The notes: generated by a model from the letters alone, not told the origin. Counted from the stretch's first letter, positions 9,885-19,004 are shown. The stretch is 64,000 bases of DNA from Bacteroidota bacterium (GCA_020052095.1 JAGVPT010000185.1:4769-68768); one strand, 5' to 3'. Numbers and translations are program-made.

Positions 9885-11621
9885 ATGGAGGGCAACCATT
9901 CGCACGATCATGATCTTGGATTCTGGCGAAAATATATTTTTTCACAGGACCACAAGGTGATCGGAATTCAGTACGGATTTACGAGTCTTCTGTTTCTCCT
10001 TTTCGGATTTGGGTTGATGATTGTGATGCGCTGGCAGCTCGCCTATCCAGGCCAGCCCATTCCATTTATCGGGACTTGGTTTGGTGAAGATCGTGCGCCG
10101 GAGGGAATAATGCTGCCGGAATTCTACAATCAACTGGGCGCGATGCACGGAACGATCATGGTGTTCCTCGGAGTAGTTCCCCTCGCGGTTGGTGCATTTG
10201 GGAACTACATCGTGCCTCTGCAAATCGGCGCGCCGGACATGGCGTTTCCGAAACTCAACATGTCGAGTTACTGGGTCTACTTCGTGGGAGGAGTTACGAT
10301 GCTCGCGAGCTTTCTCATGCCCGGCGGTGCGGCAAATTCAGGTTGGACATCGTATCCGCCCCTTTCTGTCATTGCGACGACAGGGCAGACCTTCTGGCTC
10401 ATCGGGATGGTTTTTCTTATTACCTCCTCGTTGCTCGGCTCGGTGAATTTTATCGTCACGATAATCCAGTTGCGCGCAAAGGGCCTCACATTCATGCGCT
10501 TGCCATTCTTTGTCTGGGCGCAATTCGTGACCTCATTCCTCCTATTGCTCGCGTTTCCGCCGCTCGAAGCGGCTGGCGTCTTGCAGTTGATGGATCGTCT
10601 CGCCGGATCGAGTTTCTTCATGCCGAGCGGGCTCGTAGTGACGGGTCAGGCGCTGAACGTGAGCGGCGGCGGCAGCCCGCTGCTGTGGCAACACCTTTTC
10701 TGGTTTCTCGCGCATCCTGAGGTCTATGTCCTAATCTTGCCTGCGATGGGAATTGTTGGAGAAATAATCGCGAACAATACACGCAAACCATTGTGGGGAT
10801 ACAAATCGATGGTGTACGCGGTGATCTTTCTCGGGTTTATGTCATTCATCGTTTGGGCCCATCATATGTTCATGACGGGGATGGGAACAATCATCAGCAC
10901 ATTCTTCCAGACCACAACGATGATTATTTCGATCCCTTCGATCGTAATTCTCACCGCACTCTTCATTTCTCTCTGGGGCGGGTCAATTCGATTCACGACG
11001 CCGATGCTCTTCGCCCTCGCATTTCTTCCGATGTTCGGCATCGGGGGACTGACCGGATTGCCGCTTGGATTATCGGCGACAGATATTCCTCTTCACGACA
11101 CATATTATGTGATAGGGCATTTCCATTATGTGGTTGCCCCGGGAACAATCTTCGCGCTCTTTGCCGGCATTTATTATTGGTTCCCTAAAATGACGGGGAG
11201 AAAAATGAACGAAGTCCTCGGCAGGATTCATTTCTTCGGCTCACTGGTTTGCATGAACGCGATCTTCATGCCGATGTTCATCGTCGGTCTCGCGGGCGTC
11301 TCGCGTCGATTGTGGGATGGCGGCGCGCAATATGCACATGCTCAGCCGGTATTGCATTGGAATGAATTCATGTCCATGGGGGCCTGGACGCTTGGAATTT
11401 TCCAAATTCCCTTCATTATGAATATCTTCTGGAGCATTTGGAAAGGCAAGAAGGTCGAAGAGAACCACTGGGAGGCGACAACCCTGGAATGGGCAGCACC
11501 TTCGCCTCCGCCTCATGGAAATTTTCTTACAACTCCGGAAGTCTACCGTGCGCCGTACGAATACAGCGTTCCCGGACACAAGAAAGATTTTATTCCGCAG
11601 AATCAACCGATGGAGGCGTAA
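9885..11621 (+). CDS. ctaD: Cytochrome c oxidase subunit I (heme-copper oxidase, A-type)
   Basis: Canonical subunit I motifs: GAPDMAFPKLN, WFLAHPEVYVLILPAMG, HHMF, and a 12-TM pattern. Confidence 0.95.
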   Translation: MEGNHSHDHDLGFWRKYIFSQDHKVIGIQYGFTSLLFLLFGFGLMIVMRWQLAYPGQPIPFIGTWFGEDRAPEGIMLPEFYNQLGAMHGTIMVFLGVVPLAVGAFGNYIVPLQIGAPDMAFPKLNMSSYWVYFVGGVTMLASFLMPGGAANSGWTSYPPLSVIATTGQTFWLIGMVFLITSSLLGSVNFIVTIIQLRAKGLTFMRLPFFVWAQFVTSFLLLLAFPPLEAAGVLQLMDRLAGSSFFMPSGLVVTGQALNVSGGGSPLLWQHLFWFLAHPEVYVLILPAMGIVGEIIANNTRKPLWGYKSMVYAVIFLGFMSFIVWAHHMFMTGMGTIISTFFQTTTMIISIPSIVILTALFISLWGGSIRFTTPMLFALAFLPMFGIGGLTGLPLGLSATDIPLHDTYYVIGHFHYVVAPGTIFALFAGIYYWFPKMTGRKMNEVLGRIHFFGSLVCMNAIFMPMFIVGLAGVSRRLWDGGAQYAHAQPVLHWNEFMSMGAWTLGIFQIPFIMNIFWSIWKGKKVEENHWEATTLEWAAPSPPPHGNFLTTPEVYRAPYEYSVPGHKKDFIPQNQPMEA

Positions 11622-11627
11622 ACCGAA

Positions 11628-12212
11628 ATGGAAATTCCCTACACAATTAAAGCGCGGCCCGACACCGGTCTTTTTAACGCCAAGCTCGGGATATGGTTGT
11701 TTCTGGCCTCGGAGGTAATGTTATTCGGAGCGCTGTTTTCTTCGTATATCCTGCTGAGAATCGGATCCGTTGAATGGCCGCACCATGTGCTTGATGTTCC
11801 TCTTGCCACCGTGAACACTGCGGTGCTCATCACCTCGAGTATCACAATGGTGATGTCCTGGGCGTCGCTGATGATGAAGGATTTCAAGAAATACAGACTC
11901 TACATGGGAGCAACTGTTCTTCTCGGGTTCGGCTTCCTTATCATAAAGTACTTTGAGTACACGCACCATTTTCACAGCGGAGAATTACCGAGCCACAGCA
12001 CATTCTTTGCAATCTATTTTACGATGACCGGCCTTCACGGACTGCACGTAATCGGCGGGATGATCGTGAATTCGTATTTCTGGGGTCCTGGAAGCAAGAT
12101 GTGGAAAACGGAACCTGAGCGTTTTACGAATCGCATCGAAGTTGCCGGACTCTATTGGCACTTCGTCGATTTGGTGTGGATATTTCTCTTCCCAGTATTG
12201 TACCTACTTTAG
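11628..12212 (+). CDS. ctaE: Cytochrome c oxidase subunit III
   Basis: LGIWLFLASEVMLFGALFSSY and HGLHVIGG motifs; 194 aa; immediately downstream of subunit I. Confidence 0.85.
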   Translation: MEIPYTIKARPDTGLFNAKLGIWLFLASEVMLFGALFSSYILLRIGSVEWPHHVLDVPLATVNTAVLITSSITMVMSWASLMMKDFKKYRLYMGATVLLGFGFLIIKYFEYTHHFHSGELPSHSTFFAIYFTMTGLHGLHVIGGMIVNSYFWGPGSKMWKTEPERFTNRIEVAGLYWHFVDLVWIFLFPVLYLL

Positions 12213-12220
12213 GAGAATCT

Positions 12221-12520
12221 ATGGAACTAACCCATGCCGAAGATGTTAAAAAGCATGTCCGTGTTTATGTCACTGTTTTCGTTGCCCTACTTGCCTTGAC
12301 GATTGTGACCGTGACAATTTCGTATCTCAATCTCAGCGTCGTGCCTGCGATCATCGTCGCGTTGATCATTGCCTCAATCAAGGGGTCGCTCGTTGCGAGC
12401 TACTTCATGCATTTGATCTCTGAAAAGAAGTTGATTTTCGCGGCGCTCATTTTGACGGTGGTCTTTTTCCTCGCGTTGATTTTCATCCCACTTCTTGCAA
12501 TGTCGGATAGGATACACTAA
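12221..12520 (+). CDS. ctaF: Cytochrome c oxidase subunit IV (prokaryotic caa3/aa3-type small subunit)
   Basis: About 99 aa, 3-TM protein (KKHVRVYVTVFVALLALTIVTV...). AGGAGA RBS at 12211-12216 before the ATG at 12221. The listed ORF 12155 start overlaps ctaE and is likely too long. Confidence 0.6.
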   Translation: MELTHAEDVKKHVRVYVTVFVALLALTIVTVTISYLNLSVVPAIIVALIIASIKGSLVASYFMHLISEKKLIFAALILTVVFFLALIFIPLLAMSDRIH

Positions 12521-12522
12521 TT

Positions 12523-12729
12523 ATGTCACTCAAAGCATTCCATGTTTTTTTCATCTCCATCTCGATTCTTTTGTGTTTGACCGTGGGAGGATGGGGAATT
12601 CAATCGTTCGTCACCGGTTCGAACTCGGTCGGGATTCTGGTCGGACTATTTTTTATTCTTTTGGGATCCGCCCTCGTTGTCTATGAATTACGATTTCTTC
12701 GCAAATTCAAAAATGTGAGTTACTTATGA
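12523..12729 (+). CDS. Small 2-TM membrane protein of unknown function inside the oxidase operon
   Basis: 68 aa, two hydrophobic helices, 2-nt gap after ctaF. Confidence 0.4.
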   Translation: MSLKAFHVFFISISILLCLTVGGWGIQSFVTGSNSVGILVGLFFILLGSALVVYELRFLRKFKNVSYL

Positions 12730-13004
12730 AAATTGCCGAAACATTCGCCACCGTCGCATTCGTTGTTGCTCTCATCGCGCTTTTCAATCCGGCATCCGCT
12801 CTCGCGTGCGGGAGCTGTTATGGTGCAGCAGATACGCCTGCAACAAACGGGATGAACTTTGCTATCCTCAGTATGCTCGGGATTACGGGTAGCGTTCTTG
12901 CTGCGTTGACATCCTTCTTTTTGTACTTGCGCAAACGCGCCAGACTGAATCTCGCGACTATCGATGATCACGAAATGAGTAACGAAAAGGGAGGCATCCA
13001 ATAA
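12726..13004 (+). CDS. Small 2-TM membrane protein with CGSC (CxxC) motif, unknown function, inside the oxidase operon
   Basis: 92 aa; ALACGSCYGAADTP between two TM segments. Its stop abuts the ctaC start (TAA-ATG). Confidence 0.4.
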   Translation: MKIAETFATVAFVVALIALFNPASALACGSCYGAADTPATNGMNFAILSMLGITGSVLAALTSFFLYLRKRARLNLATIDDHEMSNEKGGIQ

Positions 13005-13973
13005 ATGAAGGAACTATTACATCTTCCTCTTGATGGCTCTGCACACGGATTGGCAATCGATAACATGCTTGCCGCGATTCACTGGCTCATGCTGATCCTT
13101 TTTCTCGGATGGGGAGCTTTTTTCATCTACACACTCATCCGGTTTCGTAAGAAGAAAAATCCTGTCGCCAATTATGCCGGTGTTAAGAGTCATCTCTCGA
13201 GTTATTTAGAAATTGCCGTCGCGGTCTTCGAAGCGGTGCTTCTTATCGGTTTCGCAGTGCCACTCTGGGCAAAACGTGTCAACGAATTCCCGGCGGAGAA
13301 GGACGCCACGATTGTCCGCGTGGTGGCTGAGCAATATTCCTGGAATATTCACTATCCGGGCGCCGATGGGATATTTGGAAGGACATCGATTTCGTTGATC
13401 ACGGATGACAATCCGCTCGGATTGGATCGCACCGATCCGAACGCCAAGGACGATATCGCCACGGTCAATCAGATGCACGTGCCTGTGAACAAGCCGGTGA
13501 TTGTCCGATTGTCATCAAAAGATGTCATTCACAGTTTCGGTGTGCCGACAATGCGGGTGAAGCAGGATGCTATTCCCGGCCAGGTTATCCCGCTTTGGTT
13601 CACGCCGACATTGACAACGGACCAGCTCGTTGCAGAAATGGCTGAGCAATTTCAGTTGAAGCCGGAAGGGACCTCGCCAAAACTATTTGAATACATCGCA
13701 TTGAAAGATTTCATCGCAAAAGACAGCACGGTGGTTTTGAAGAAAGGGGACGTGTTCAGCCAGGATGTCGTGAAATCACTTCTTGATGCCGGCGTTACGC
13801 AAGTCCTGGCCGCTCCCAACGTCACTACTGAAATCGCGTGCGCCCAGTTGTGCGGTCTTGGACATTACCGCATGCGCGGCTACCTGAGCGTTGACACGAA
13901 GGAAGCGTACGATGCGTGGATGGCGGACCAGGTATCCCAATTACCGCAGGATCCGGTCGCGGCGGTAAAATGA
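13005..13973 (+). CDS. ctaC: Cytochrome c oxidase subunit II (CuA-containing, no fused cytochrome c domain)
   Basis: Two N-terminal TM helices. CuA ligands: H in VIHSFGVP, then CAQLCGLGHYRM. About 75 aa inserted before the CuA Cys pair. No CxxCH anywhere. Confidence 0.9.
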   Translation: MKELLHLPLDGSAHGLAIDNMLAAIHWLMLILFLGWGAFFIYTLIRFRKKKNPVANYAGVKSHLSSYLEIAVAVFEAVLLIGFAVPLWAKRVNEFPAEKDATIVRVVAEQYSWNIHYPGADGIFGRTSISLITDDNPLGLDRTDPNAKDDIATVNQMHVPVNKPVIVRLSSKDVIHSFGVPTMRVKQDAIPGQVIPLWFTPTLTTDQLVAEMAEQFQLKPEGTSPKLFEYIALKDFIAKDSTVVLKKGDVFSQDVVKSLLDAGVTQVLAAPNVTTEIACAQLCGLGHYRMRGYLSVDTKEAYDAWMADQVSQLPQDPVAAVK

Positions 13974-13992
13974 TTTTCTGGAGAATACAACT

Positions 13993-15018
13993 TTGAAGTA
14001 CAACAAAGGATTACATCGATTTTCGTTCATCACGGTTGCGTGTACCTTCCTCCTCATCATTGCGGGCGGACTGGTTACGAGCACAGGATCGAGTCTGGCG
14101 GTTCCCGATTGGCCTCTTGCGTATGGCATGATCATGCCTCCGATGGTCGGAGGTATTTTGTATGAGCATGGGCACAGGATGCTCGCAACGTTTGTCGGGT
14201 TGTTGACGATTGTCCTTTCGGTTTGGCTATGGAAGAAGGAAGAGCGTCGCTGGTTGAAAATTCTTGGCATCGTTGCCCTCGGTGCGGTTATCACACAAGG
14301 ATTGCTTGGCGGCCTCACGGTTGTTTTCCTGCTTCCGACTGCAATTTCGGTGTCACATGCGACTCTTGCACAGACTTTTTTTGCGATTGTCGCGTCGATT
14401 GCGCTATTCACATCGCGATGGTGGCAATCGGACTATCCCAGATTGGCATCAGAAGGCAGCTTGGCGACGCTCCGGCTTTCATTCTTAACGACCCTTGCAG
14501 TCTTCGTTCAATTGATCTTTGGAGCGCTGATGCGCCATACAGGCTCAGGCCTCGTGGTTCCCGATTTTCCGATGGCGTACGGACAGCTTTTTCCATCTCT
14601 TGGCGCCGAATCACTCGCCCGGTATAATCACGACCTCATCTATTCTGATATTCGGCTTTTTGCCGATGGCGCGGTGACATCGTCCCAAATTGTCATCCAC
14701 ATGCTACATCGGATTTGGGCGGTTGTGGTTGCCGTTCTGATTGTCGCGCTGTCAGCAAATCTGTTAAGGCCATCGAACCTGACTTCTCGGATTAAACGTT
14801 TTGCTTATGCTCTTCCTTTTTTGTTGATCATTCAGATTACACTCGGAGCATACACAGTTCTATCGCGGAAAGCAGTTGAGGTCACCACAGCCCACGTTGC
14901 GACCGGCGCTCTTATCTTGGCAACCTGTCTTCTCGTTTTTCTACATCTTGTAAGAGTTTATCAAGTCCGCTTTAAGAAGTTCTCATTTGTTTATTCCACT
15001 GAAAGAGCGATTGCATGA
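13993..15018 (+). CDS. ctaA: Heme A synthase (COX15/CtaA family)
   Basis: Multi-TM protein with paired His-containing helices, typical of CtaA; positioned between ctaC and ctaB. Confidence 0.8.
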   Translation: MKYNKGLHRFSFITVACTFLLIIAGGLVTSTGSSLAVPDWPLAYGMIMPPMVGGILYEHGHRMLATFVGLLTIVLSVWLWKKEERRWLKILGIVALGAVITQGLLGGLTVVFLLPTAISVSHATLAQTFFAIVASIALFTSRWWQSDYPRLASEGSLATLRLSFLTTLAVFVQLIFGALMRHTGSGLVVPDFPMAYGQLFPSLGAESLARYNHDLIYSDIRLFADGAVTSSQIVIHMLHRIWAVVVAVLIVALSANLLRPSNLTSRIKRFAYALPFLLIIQITLGAYTVLSRKAVEVTTAHVATGALILATCLLVFLHLVRVYQVRFKKFSFVYSTERAIA

Positions 15019-15965
15019 TTGGTGATGCCGAAGCCGTAGCCGTAGCAGCTTTTCCTTATCCACGGTCCACCTGGAAATCTATCGCGGATTACATAGAATT
15101 GATGAAGCCGGAATTGACATCGCTTTCCGTATTGACGGCGCTCTGTGCGTTTTATGTCGCTCACACCGGGATCTGGAGTTCAATAGATACCTGGTTAGTG
15201 ACGAACCTCGCTCTCGGAACAACCCTCGTCGGCGGGGGCGCTGGTGCTCTCAATCAATACCTTGAACGAAAATATGATGGAATGATGAAAAGAACCGAGA
15301 AACGGCCGCTCCCTTCCGGCAGGCTGACTCCGGAAGCTGTCCTCTTTTTCGGAATTTTCATTTCGAGTGCAGGCCTTGTGGAGTTGACGTTTCTCGTGAA
15401 TGGTCTCACCGGATTTCTTGCCGTTGTCACTTTGACGACCTATTTATTTCTGTATACTCCGTTGAAGCGGATTTCGCCGATCGCGACGACCATCGGCGGG
15501 ATTCCTGGAGCATTGCCGCCGATGATGGGGTGGGCGGCCGCGCGAAATGGAATTTCATACGAAGTGATTGTATTTTTCGCGATTCTCTTTTTGTGGCAAA
15601 TGCCCCACTTTTTTTCATTGGCGTGGTTGTACAAGAAAGATTACGCGCGCGCCGGCTACAAATTGCTGACCGTCGAGGATGAGTCCGGCACAAAAACATC
15701 GCGCCACATTCTGGCGAATTGTGCGGCGCTTATCCCGATTAGCCTGATTCCGTCCGTACTCGGAATGACTTCCACCGTGTACTTCATAGGCACATTGGTA
15801 GCGGGGATCGCCTTTTTGTTTTTTGGAATCATGTTCGCGGTTTCATTCTTCTCGACAGAGGGCGACAAGCTCGCGCGGACGAACTTTTTTGCCCGCCGCC
15901 TTTTTTTCGCTTCGCTGGTTTACCTTCCCGTGATTCTCTTCCTAATGGTGATCGACAAGAGATAG
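15015..15965 (+). CDS. ctaB: Protoheme IX farnesyltransferase (heme O synthase, UbiA family)
   Basis: UbiA-family motifs (NQYLERKYDGMMKRTEKRPLPSGRL, D-rich loops); 4-nt overlap with ctaA. Confidence 0.9.
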   Translation: MIGDAEAVAVAAFPYPRSTWKSIADYIELMKPELTSLSVLTALCAFYVAHTGIWSSIDTWLVTNLALGTTLVGGGAGALNQYLERKYDGMMKRTEKRPLPSGRLTPEAVLFFGIFISSAGLVELTFLVNGLTGFLAVVTLTTYLFLYTPLKRISPIATTIGGIPGALPPMMGWAAARNGISYEVIVFFAILFLWQMPHFFSLAWLYKKDYARAGYKLLTVEDESGTKTSRHILANCAALIPISLIPSVLGMTSTVYFIGTLVAGIAFLFFGIMFAVSFFSTEGDKLARTNFFARRLFFASLVYLPVILFLMVIDKR

Positions 15966-15976
15966 GTTGCGAAAAA

Positions 15977-16007
15977 GCTATCCGATTGCTATCAGCAATC
16001 GGATAGC
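15977..16007. repeat. 31-bp perfect palindromic repeat (copy 1 of 4): GCTATCCGATTGCT-atc-AGCAATCGGATAGC
   Basis: 14-bp perfect inverted arms with a 3-nt loop. The same element recurs at 22453, about 24258 and 61951. Confidence 0.8.
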
Positions 16008-16013
16008 TACGAA

Positions 16014-16042
16014 TTGTTAGCAGCGCTATCTTTTCGTATATT
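16014..16042 (+). promoter_or_regulatory. Candidate sigma70-type promoter for the ABC exporter-SCO transcription unit
   Basis: TTGTTA (16014-16019), 17 nt, TATATT (16037-16042); 27 nt upstream of the ATG at 16069. Confidence 0.3.
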
Positions 16043-16068
16043 GTATATGATTTTCTCTCATTTTCTCT

Positions 16069-17016
16069 ATGAATGAATCTATAGTCATCGTTTCGGATTT
16101 AACACACGACTACGCGGAACGCCGCGCCCTGGATAACGTCTCCCTCGCTATCGCCAAAAATGAGATTTTCGGTTTCCTCGGGCCAAATGGCGGTGGGAAG
16201 ACGACAATGTTCAAGATACTCTCCACTGCGATAACGCCGACAAGCGGCCGCGCTGAAGTGTGCGGGTACGATGTTGTCAAACGTTCATCCGAAGTGCGAA
16301 GGCATATTGGCGTCGTGTTTCAATCGCCGAGCCTCGATGTCAAGTTGACTGTGAGGGAGAATCTGCGATTTCACGGACTTCTTCACGGATTGCATGGAAC
16401 GACGGCCTCGCAAAGAATTGACGACGTGCTGATCCATCTGAAGCTCGTCGACCGAGCGCATGATACCGTGGAGATGCTTTCCGGGGGCTTGCAACGGCGA
16501 GTCGAAATTGGAAAAGGCTTGCTTCATCGTCCTGATGTTCTCATTCTTGATGAACCGAGCACGGGACTCGACCCGGGGGCGCGGCGAGATCTGTGGGACT
16601 ATCTGCTTCAGCTCCGCAAGGAGACCGGGGTTACGGTTGTCGTCACTTCTCATATATTGGATGAAGCCGAACATTGCGACCGCCTCGTGATTCTCGACAA
16701 AGGAAAACTTGTCGCTATCGGAACGCCGGATAAGTTGAAACGAGAGGTCGGCGGCGAGGTCATTTCAATTGTAGCGAAAGATCCTGCTGAGGCGCGCATC
16801 TTGCTGAAAAGGAAATTCAAGCTGGCATCGACAATCGTGGAGAACACAATTCGCGTCGAAAAGAACAACGGGCATCAATTTGTTCCGAAGATTGTGGAGG
16901 CCTTCCCGGGTAAAATCGAAGCCATCTCTGTGGGAAAACCGACGCTCGAAGACGTCTTCATTCATCACACAGGACACAGAATGCGAAATGAAGAATCGAG
17001 CGGGGTGGATACGTAG
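16069..17016 (+). CDS. ABC transporter ATP-binding protein (ABC-2 exporter type)
   Basis: Walker A GPNGGGKTT, ABC signature LSGGLQRRV, Walker B LILDEPSTGLD, H-loop. Confidence 0.85.
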   Translation: MNESIVIVSDLTHDYAERRALDNVSLAIAKNEIFGFLGPNGGGKTTMFKILSTAITPTSGRAEVCGYDVVKRSSEVRRHIGVVFQSPSLDVKLTVRENLRFHGLLHGLHGTTASQRIDDVLIHLKLVDRAHDTVEMLSGGLQRRVEIGKGLLHRPDVLILDEPSTGLDPGARRDLWDYLLQLRKETGVTVVVTSHILDEAEHCDRLVILDKGKLVAIGTPDKLKREVGGEVISIVAKDPAEARILLKRKFKLASTIVENTIRVEKNNGHQFVPKIVEAFPGKIEAISVGKPTLEDVFIHHTGHRMRNEESSGVDT

Positions 17017-17052
17017 TGCTGCTCCGAAAAATAAATATTGTGCTTTGAAATG

Positions 17053-17170
17053 TCTTGTCATCCTTCGACGCAGCCGCGACGGTCATCCTGAGCAAGCAGA
17101 GCGCGTCGTCAACGACCCGATGGGTCGTCGACCCGTCGGGAAGGAGGCCGTCGCGGCTTTGCTCAGGATG
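17053..17170. repeat. GC-rich composite intergenic repeat, copy A (short form)
   Basis: Shares tgtcatcc..ttcgacgc and a 39-nt core, cgtcaacgacccgatgggtcgtcgacccgtcgggaagga, with 18909-18947 (36/39 identical). Contains interleaved inverted repeats gccgcgacgg/ccgtcgcggc and catcctgagcaa/ttgctcaggatg. Confidence 0.6.
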
Positions 17171-17290
17171 AGCACCATGATAAGAATGCAAGATTGTTTA
17201 ATTGTCGCGGTACTAGCAACGGGGAGCCTGGAAAGAGAAAAGTATTAATCAAATATCCAACAGCAACCCATTAATCCGAAATAGAAACCA

Positions 17291-18073
17291 ATGAACATCA
17301 CCACAGAAATCGTATTGCCGACATACTCGCTCTGGATGAGGGAGTTGATCCGCTTTTTTCGTCAGAGGAGCAGGATGATTGGCGTGATTGGTTCGCCGAT
17401 ATTGTTCTGGTTCTTCATCGGTTCCGGGCTGGGGAGTTCTTTTCGGATGAGTTCGCCGAAGGGAGATACAAGTTATCTTGAATACTTTTTCCCGGGCACG
17501 CTCCTCCTCATTATGCTGTTCACTGCGATTTTCTCGACGATCTCGATCATTGAAGATAGGAAAGAGGGCTTCCTGCAATCGGTTCTGGTGGCGCCGATTT
17601 CCGGCGCCGGAATTGCACTAGGGAAGATATTTGGCGGCACAACTCTCGCGGTCATTCAAGCGATTATTTTTCTTGCCTTCGCGCCCCTCATCGGCTTTCA
17701 ATTTAGCGTTCTGGAATTCCTTTCCCTTATCGTGTTGCTTTTCGTTATCGCCTTCGGACTAACCGGCCTCGGCTTCCTGATCGCCTGGCGGATGGAGTCG
17801 ACACAGGGGTTTCACGCTATCATGAATTTGTTTCTGATCCCGCTCTGGTTGCTTTCGGGTTCCTTGTTTCCGATGGAAGGGGCCCCGGGATGGCTGCGAG
17901 GAATTATGTCTATCAATCCCCTTACCTATTCCGTTTCTGCCACAAGGCTGATGTTATATCATCAGGCTCGCATCGAACACCCGGGGTTCATTTTTTCAGT
18001 GTGCGTCATTCTCTCATTTTGTGCTATTGTATTTATCGGGTCAATGCTCTCCGTAAGAAAGAAATCAATATGA
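17291..18073 (+). CDS. ABC-2 type transporter permease
   Basis: 260 aa, 6 predicted TM, ABC-2 family-like; downstream of the ATPase. Confidence 0.7.
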   Translation: MNITTEIVLPTYSLWMRELIRFFRQRSRMIGVIGSPILFWFFIGSGLGSSFRMSSPKGDTSYLEYFFPGTLLLIMLFTAIFSTISIIEDRKEGFLQSVLVAPISGAGIALGKIFGGTTLAVIQAIIFLAFAPLIGFQFSVLEFLSLIVLLFVIAFGLTGLGFLIAWRMESTQGFHAIMNLFLIPLWLLSGSLFPMEGAPGWLRGIMSINPLTYSVSATRLMLYHQARIEHPGFIFSVCVILSFCAIVFIGSMLSVRKKSI

Positions 18074-18705
18074 AGTTATCGACCGGTCATATTTCGTTCC
18101 GCACTTTTTTTCTTTGGGGATTACTCGGGTTTGTGATTGCTGCCACCATATTTTCCTTTCTCTACACCGAGATAATATCTCCCGCCAAAAGCTCTCTGCC
18201 GCGTACTGGAATAGTTCCAGAAATCACTCTTACAGAGCGTAGCGGCCGGAAACTCCCGCTCTCCGATCTGAAAGGGAAGGTGTGGATCGCCGATTTCATC
18301 TTCACAAACTGCGGCGGCAGTTGCCCCATCATGACCAGCACAATGGCGAGCTTTCAAGAACAGATTAAGAATGTGAACAATATTGTTCTTGTTTCGTTCA
18401 CCGTCGATCCTGAACGCGATTCTCCTCAAGCCCTCAGCGAATATGCGGAACTCTACAAGGCGTCTCCTTCTCGATGGCTCTTCCTGACAGGGGAGAAGAA
18501 GAAACTGAATTACCTGACGCGCGATTGCTTTCATCTTGCCGTTGCAGCTGATTCCGGATCGACCGTCGAACCAATCGTTCACAGTACGCTATTTGTTCTG
18601 GTCGATAAGCAGGGAGTCATCCGTGGATATTACGACTCAACTGACGAAAACGCGCTCGAGAAGATTGTCGCAGATGCCCGCGGATTGGCATCTGAAAAGA
18701 ATTGA
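18070..18705 (+). CDS. SCO1/SenC family copper chaperone (thioredoxin-like; CuA assembly)
   Basis: N-terminal TM anchor; CGGSCP (CxxxC) motif and a downstream His, as in SCO proteins. Its ATG overlaps the permease stop (ATGA at 18070-18073). Confidence 0.75.
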   Translation: MKLSTGHISFRTFFLWGLLGFVIAATIFSFLYTEIISPAKSSLPRTGIVPEITLTERSGRKLPLSDLKGKVWIADFIFTNCGGSCPIMTSTMASFQEQIKNVNNIVLVSFTVDPERDSPQALSEYAELYKASPSRWLFLTGEKKKLNYLTRDCFHLAVAADSGSTVEPIVHSTLFVLVDKQGVIRGYYDSTDENALEKIVADARGLASEKN

Positions 18706-18722
18706 AGACTATCTCAAAAACG

Positions 18723-18950
18723 CTCTGTCATCCGCCCTTCGACGCTCCCGAGTTCGTCGGTCGACGACTCGACTCGTCGAGGTCTATCGACCCGTCGGGT
18801 CGTTCTACGAATCTACGATTCGTAGAATCGTAGATAGACGACTCGTCGAGGATTGCTCAGGGTGAACAGGTTCCGTGTTCATCCTGAGGTGAGCGAAGCG
18901 AACGCATCGTCCACGACCCGATGGGTCGTAGACCCGTAGGGAAGGATTGA
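18723..18950. repeat. GC-rich composite intergenic repeat, copy B (long form)
   Basis: Same ends as copy A, plus about 130 extra nt containing gacgactcgactcgtcgagg, tcgacccgtcgggtcg and the hairpin ctacgaatc-tac-gattcgtag. Internal segment 18745-18810 matches 22650-22702 in inverted orientation. Confidence 0.6.
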
Positions 18951-19004
18951 TTGGAATGATTTTGAAATAGCTTATAGTCAACTACTCCATCCGAATCGCT
19001 GAGA

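Noticed and set aside
12155-12220. Listed 121-aa ORF start at 12155 for the subunit IV-like gene overlapping ctaE by 58 nt
   Set aside because: An ATG at 12221 with an AGGAGA RBS 5 nt upstream gives the conserved 3-TM core; the longer form is likely an artefact of the open frame.
16880-17248. 122-aa ORF (and 18536-18865, 109 aa) reading through the GC-rich repeats
   Set aside because: The open frames are created by the GC-rich repeat elements themselves (Arg/Pro/Val-rich, no start context). They lie in spacers between well-defined genes.
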